From: a virus
Taxonomy: Duplodnaviria > Heunggongvirae > Uroviricota > Caudoviricetes
Virus record (IMG/VR): IMGVR_UViG_2534681762_000008
Reading direction: 5' to 3' (one strand)
DNA: 10,151 bases
Positions 6,544 to 10,151 of the stretch are shown here, in pieces (position 1 is the first letter of the stretch; each line of letters begins with the position of its first letter). Under the pieces are notes generated by a model. It was given only the letters and a program-made list of their open reading frames with translations. It had not been told where the DNA came from and searched no databases. The translations under genes were made by a program, and so were the position numbers.

Positions 6544-9500
6544 ATGGCAGTAAAAATTTCAGGTGTACTGAAAGACGGCACAGGAAAACCGGTACAGAAC
6601 TGCACAATCCAGCTGAAAGCAAAACGTAACAGTACCACGGTGGTGGTGAACACGCTGGCATCTGAAAATCCGGATGAAGCCGGGCGTTACAGTATGGACG
6701 TTGAGTACGGTCAGTACAGCGTTATTCTGTTGGTGGAAGGATTCCCGCCGTCACATGCCGGGACCATCACAGTGTATGAAGATTCCCGACCCGGTACGCT
6801 GAATGATTTTCTCGGTGCCATGACGGAGGATGATGCCCGTCCGGAGGCACTGCGCCGTTTTGAGCTGATGGTGGAAGAGGTGGCGCGTAACGCGTCCGTG
6901 GTGGCACAGAACACGGCAGCCGCGAAGAAGTCAGCCAGTGATGCCAGCACATCAGCCCGTGAGGCGGCAACCCATGCGACTGATGCTGCAGGCTCAGCAC
7001 GCGCAGCCAGCACGTCAGCCGGACAGGCCGCGTCGTCGGCTCAGTCAGCGACTTCCAGCGCAGGAACGGCATCAACAAAGGCTACTGAAGCATCAAAAAG
7101 TGCTGCCGCTGCAGAGTCCTCAAAAAGCGCGGCAGCTACCAGTGCCAGTGCCGCGAAAACGTCAGAAACGAATGCTGCAGCGTCACAACAATCAGCAGCC
7201 ACTTCTGCATCCACCGCAACTACGAAAGCGTCAGAAGCTGCCACCTCAGCCCGGGATGCGGCGGCTTCAAAAGAGGCGGCAAAATCATCAGAAACGAACG
7301 CATCCTCGAGCGCCAGTAGCGCAGCTTCCTCGGCAACAGCGGCAGGAAATTCCGCGAAGGCGGCAAAAACGTCAGAGACGAACGCCAGGTCTTCTGAAAC
7401 GGCAGCGGGACAGAGCGCCTCGGCTGCGGCAGGCTCAAAAACAGCGGCTGCGTCGTCTGCCAGTGCAGCGTCAACAAGTGCCGGGCAGGCCTCAGCCAGT
7501 GCCACCGCCGCCGGAAAATCGGCAGAAAGCGCCGCATCGTCTGCTTCAACAGCCACAACGAAGGCTGGCGAAGCCACTGAACAGGCCAGCGCAGCAGCGA
7601 GGTCTGCTTCCGCAGCGAAGACATCCGAAACGAACGCGAAAGCGTCGGAAACCAGCGCAGAATCCTCAAAAACGGCTGCCGCATCGTCAGCCAGTTCGGC
7701 GGCGTCATCGGCATCATCTGCGTCTGCTTCAAAAGATGAGGCGACCAGACAGGCGTCAGCAGCGAAGGGTAGCGCCACGACGGCATCCACGAAGGCGACA
7801 GAGGCAGCTGGCAGTGCGACGGCGGCAGCTCAGAGCAAAAGTACGGCGGAATCTGCAGCAACGCGCGCTGAGACAGCGGCAAAACGGGCAGAGGATATTG
7901 CATCCGCCGTGGCGCTTGAGGATGCGAGCACGACGAAAAAGGGGATAGTACAGCTCAGCAGTGCGACCAACAGTACGTCTGAAACGCTGGCGGCAACGCC
8001 AAAAGCCGTTAAGGCCGCGTATGACCTGGCTAACGGGAAATACACCGCACAGGATGCAACGACAGCACAGAAAGGGATAATCCAGCTAAGCAGCGCGACC
8101 AACAGCACGTCTGAAACGCTGGCGGCAACGCCAAAGGCAGTAAAAGCAGCCAATGACAATGCTGAGAAACGTCTGCAGAAAGATCAGAACGGTGCGGATA
8201 TCCCTGGCAAAGACACCTTTACGAAAAATATTGGTGCCTGCCGTGCCTTCGGTGGGTCAGTAAGCACAACAACAGGAAACTGGACGACTGCACAGTTTAT
8301 CGAGTGGCTGGATTCTCAGGGAGCATTTAACCATCCATACTGGATGTGCAAGGGTTCCTGGTCTTATGGCAATAATAAAATCATTACTGATACTGGCTGC
8401 GGTAATATTCATCTCGCCGGAGCTGTCATTGAAGTAATGGGGATAAAGTCAGCGATGACGATCCGCATTACCACACCGACCACCTCCACTGGTGGTGGAA
8501 CAACTAACGCCCAGTTTACCTATATTAATCACGGAACAGATTATTCACCTGGCTGGCGAAGGGACTATAACTCCAGAAATAAGCCAACGGCATCAGAGAT
8601 CGGGGCGTTACCGTCAGGTGGAACAGCAGTATCATCAGTTAATCTGTCTTCAAAAGGTCGGGTAACCGCGCTGACAGACAATACACAGGGGGCAACAGGT
8701 CTTGAGTTATACGAGGTGTATAACAACGGATATCCAACAGCGTATGGAAATATCATTCACCTGAAAGGGATGACAGCCGTTGGCGAAGGTGAGTTACTCA
8801 TCGGCTGGAGTGGTACAAGCGGTGCTCATGCTCCGGCATTTATTCGTTCACGACGGGATACGACCGACGCAAACTGGTCGCCGTGGGCGCAGCTTTACAC
8901 CTCGGCTCATCCTCCTGCAGAGTTTTATCCAGTCGGTGCACCAATCCCGTGGCCATCAGATACCGTTCCGTCTGGTTATGCCCTGATGCAGGGGCAGACT
9001 TTTGACAAATCTGCTTACCCGAAACTTGCAGCGGCTTATCCGTCAGGCGTGATCCCTGATATGCGTGGCTGGACGATTAAGGGCAAGCCCGCCAGTGGTC
9101 GTGCCGTATTGTCTCAGGAACAGGACGGCATTAAATCGCACACCCACAGCGCCAGCGCATCCAGTACGGATTTGGGGACGAAAACCACATCGTCGTTTGA
9201 TTACGGCACTAAATCCACGAATAACACTGGTGCGCATACCCATAGTGTTAGCGGTACGGCTGCTTCAGCCGGTGCACATACCCATTCGATGACATTTGTT
9301 TCAGGTGGTTCCAGTGGTGCTCCGGGAAGTGGATCACCTGATTATTCTAAATACAGTGTTAACACTTCTTCTGCAGGCGCTCATACGCACTCTGTATCGG
9401 GTACTGCTGCAAGCGCAGGTGCACACGCACATACTGTCGGTATTGGTGCTCATACGCACTCCGTTGCGATTGGTTCACATGGACATACCATCACCGTTAA

Positions 9501-9567
9501 CGCTGCTGGTAACGCGGAAAACACCGTCAAAAACATCGCATTTAACTATATTGTGAGGCTTGCATAA
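6544..9567 (+). CDS. stf: Side tail fiber protein (Stf), mosaic, 1007 aa from ATG 6544
   Basis: N-terminus [26 protein letters not shown] matches lambda Stf; long Ala/Ser-rich shaft; conserved [24 protein letters not shown] motif; C-terminus with GAHTHS/HxH repeats and ...[14 protein letters not shown] 6544 is preceded by GGGG 6535-6538 and is preferred over the in-frame GTG at 6538 used by the track. Stop TAA 9565-9567. Confidence 0.9.
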   Translation: MAVKISGVLKDGTGKPVQNCTIQLKAKRNSTTVVVNTLASENPDEAGRYSMDVEYGQYSVILLVEGFPPSHAGTITVYEDSRPGTLNDFLGAMTEDDARPEALRRFELMVEEVARNASVVAQNTAAAKKSASDASTSAREAATHATDAAGSARAASTSAGQAASSAQSATSSAGTASTKATEASKSAAAAESSKSAAATSASAAKTSETNAAASQQSAATSASTATTKASEAATSARDAAASKEAAKSSETNASSSASSAASSATAAGNSAKAAKTSETNARSSETAAGQSASAAAGSKTAAASSASAASTSAGQASASATAAGKSAESAASSASTATTKAGEATEQASAAARSASAAKTSETNAKASETSAESSKTAAASSASSAASSASSASASKDEATRQASAAKGSATTASTKATEAAGSATAAAQSKSTAESAATRAETAAKRAEDIASAVALEDASTTKKGIVQLSSATNSTSETLAATPKAVKAAYDLANGKYTAQDATTAQKGIIQLSSATNSTSETLAATPKAVKAANDNAEKRLQKDQNGADIPGKDTFTKNIGACRAFGGSVSTTTGNWTTAQFIEWLDSQGAFNHPYWMCKGSWSYGNNKIITDTGCGNIHLAGAVIEVMGIKSAMTIRITTPTTSTGGGTTNAQFTYINHGTDYSPGWRRDYNSRNKPTASEIGALPSGGTAVSSVNLSSKGRVTALTDNTQGATGLELYEVYNNGYPTAYGNIIHLKGMTAVGEGELLIGWSGTSGAHAPAFIRSRRDTTDANWSPWAQLYTSAHPPAEFYPVGAPIPWPSDTVPSGYALMQGQTFDKSAYPKLAAAYPSGVIPDMRGWTIKGKPASGRAVLSQEQDGIKSHTHSASASSTDLGTKTTSSFDYGTKSTNNTGAHTHSVSGTAASAGAHTHSMTFVSGGSSGAPGSGSPDYSKYSVNTSSAGAHTHSVSGTAASAGAHAHTVGIGAHTHSVAIGSHGHTITVNAAGNAENTVKNIAFNYIVRLA
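7936..8151 (+). repeat. Two copies of an 84-bp segment encoding the conserved tail-fiber motif KGI(V/I)[23 protein letters not shown] (7936-8019 and 8068-8151), 48 bp apart
   Basis: Read directly from the sequence: the two copies are near-identical at the protein level, with several synonymous and few nonsynonymous differences in the DNA. Confidence 0.85.
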
Positions 9568-10151
9568 TGGCATTCAGAATGAGTGAACAACCACGGACCA
9601 TAAAAATTTATAATCTGCTGGCCGGAACTAATGAATTTATTGGTGAAGGTGACGCATATATTCCGCCTCATACAGGTCTGCCAGCAAACAGTACCGATAT
9701 TGCACCGCCAGATATTCCGGCTGGCTTTGTGGCTGTTTTCAACAGTGATGAGGCATCGTGGCATCTCGTTGAAGATCATCGGGGAAAAACCGTCTATGAC
9801 GTGGCTTCCGGCGACGCGTTATTTATTTCTGAACTTGGCTCGTTACCGGAAAATGTCACCTGGTTATCGCCGGAAGGGGAATATCAGAAGTGGAACGGCA
9901 CAGCCTGGGTGAAGGATACGGAAGCAGAAAAACTGTTCCGGATCCGGGAGGCGGAAGAAACAAAAAACAGCCTGATGCAGGTAGCCAGTGAGCATATAGC
10001 GCCACTTCAGGATGCTGTAGATCTGGAGATCGCAACGGAGGAAGAAACCTCATTGCTGGAAGCCTGGAAAAAATATCGGGTGTTGCTTAACCGTGTTAAT
10101 ACAACAACTGCACCGGATATTGAATGGCCAACAGTACCCATTATCGAATAG
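9567..10151 (+). CDS. tfa: Tail fiber assembly protein (Tfa), 194 aa
   Basis: ATG 9567-9569 overlaps the stf stop (TAATG); translation [44 protein letters not shown]... matches the lambda Tfa family; TAG at 10149-10151 is the last codon of the window. Confidence 0.9.
   Translation: MAFRMSEQPRTIKIYNLLAGTNEFIGEGDAYIPPHTGLPANSTDIAPPDIPAGFVAVFNSDEASWHLVEDHRGKTVYDVASGDALFISELGSLPENVTWLSPEGEYQKWNGTAWVKDTEAEKLFRIREAEETKNSLMQVASEHIAPLQDAVDLEIATEEETSLLEAWKKYRVLLNRVNTTTAPDIEWPTVPIIE

Larger units (their letters stand above)
1445..10151. other. Degraded mosaic prophage at thrW (integration module, early-left accessory genes, IS1, tail tip / lom / tail fiber block); continues beyond the window
   Basis: Gene content and order as listed above; replication, lysis and head genes are absent between the early-left genes and the tail genes. 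Confidence 0.85.

Noticed and set aside
5817-6661. Antisense ORFs 5817-6338 and 6467-6661 opposite lom and the stf start
   Set aside because: They overlap a confidently identified gene on the other strand and have no homology or translation signals.
6938-7948. 336-aa Arg/Gln/Pro-rich ORF in an alternate + frame inside stf
   Set aside because: It lies wholly inside the Ala/Ser-rich shaft region, where GCN/AGC/TCN-rich, T-poor codons leave all frames free of stop codons. The product is low-complexity with no start context, so it is a compositional artifact.
6870-7950. Possible CRISPR-like or tandem DNA repeat array in the periodic Ala/Ser-rich region
   Set aside because: The periodicity is at the peptide level (K-T/S-SETNA units) with irregular spacing and divergent DNA; there are no identical direct repeats with unique spacers, so this is a repetitive protein shaft, not a CRISPR array.
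7041-8159. Antisense ORFs (7041-7790, 7220-7903, 7830-8159) opposite stf, giving Ala/Asp-rich or Leu/Pro-rich products
   Set aside because: Same compositional cause as above; they are antisense to a well-supported gene and have no RBS or recognisable domain.
8565-10053. Assorted short ORFs on both strands inside stf and tfa (8565-8756, 8780-8986, 9043-9243, 9065-9292, 9296-9556, 9546-9779, 9631-9912, 9856-10053)
   Set aside because: All are nested within or antisense to the stf and tfa reading frames and lack homology or start signals.

Overview
This window is an enterobacterial (Escherichia/Shigella-type) chromosomal junction where a degraded, mosaic prophage sits at the tRNA-Thr gene thrW, next to proA. 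All calls are from reading the sequence and recalled protein families; no searches were run. Left to right: complete proA (1-1254), thrW tRNA-Thr(CGT) (1369-1444), then a leftward operon of HD-domain phosphohydrolase, DUF551-like protein, 101-aa acidic protein, excisionase and P22-like integrase (4043 down to 1459). A complete 768-bp IS1 (4185-4952) with no target-site duplication follows. Right of it are the 3' fragment of a lambda-J-like tail tip gene, then lom, a 1007-aa side tail fiber gene (stf) and tfa, ending at the window edge. No replication, lysis, head or tail-shaft genes are present, so the element appears to be an IS1-rearranged remnant that keeps only its integration module, a few early-left accessory genes and a tail-fiber/moron block. 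I did not find a clearly novel system. The best candidates for unexplored biology are the tightly coupled early-left accessory genes and the mosaic tail fiber. Other track ORFs are judged to be alternate-frame or antisense artifacts.
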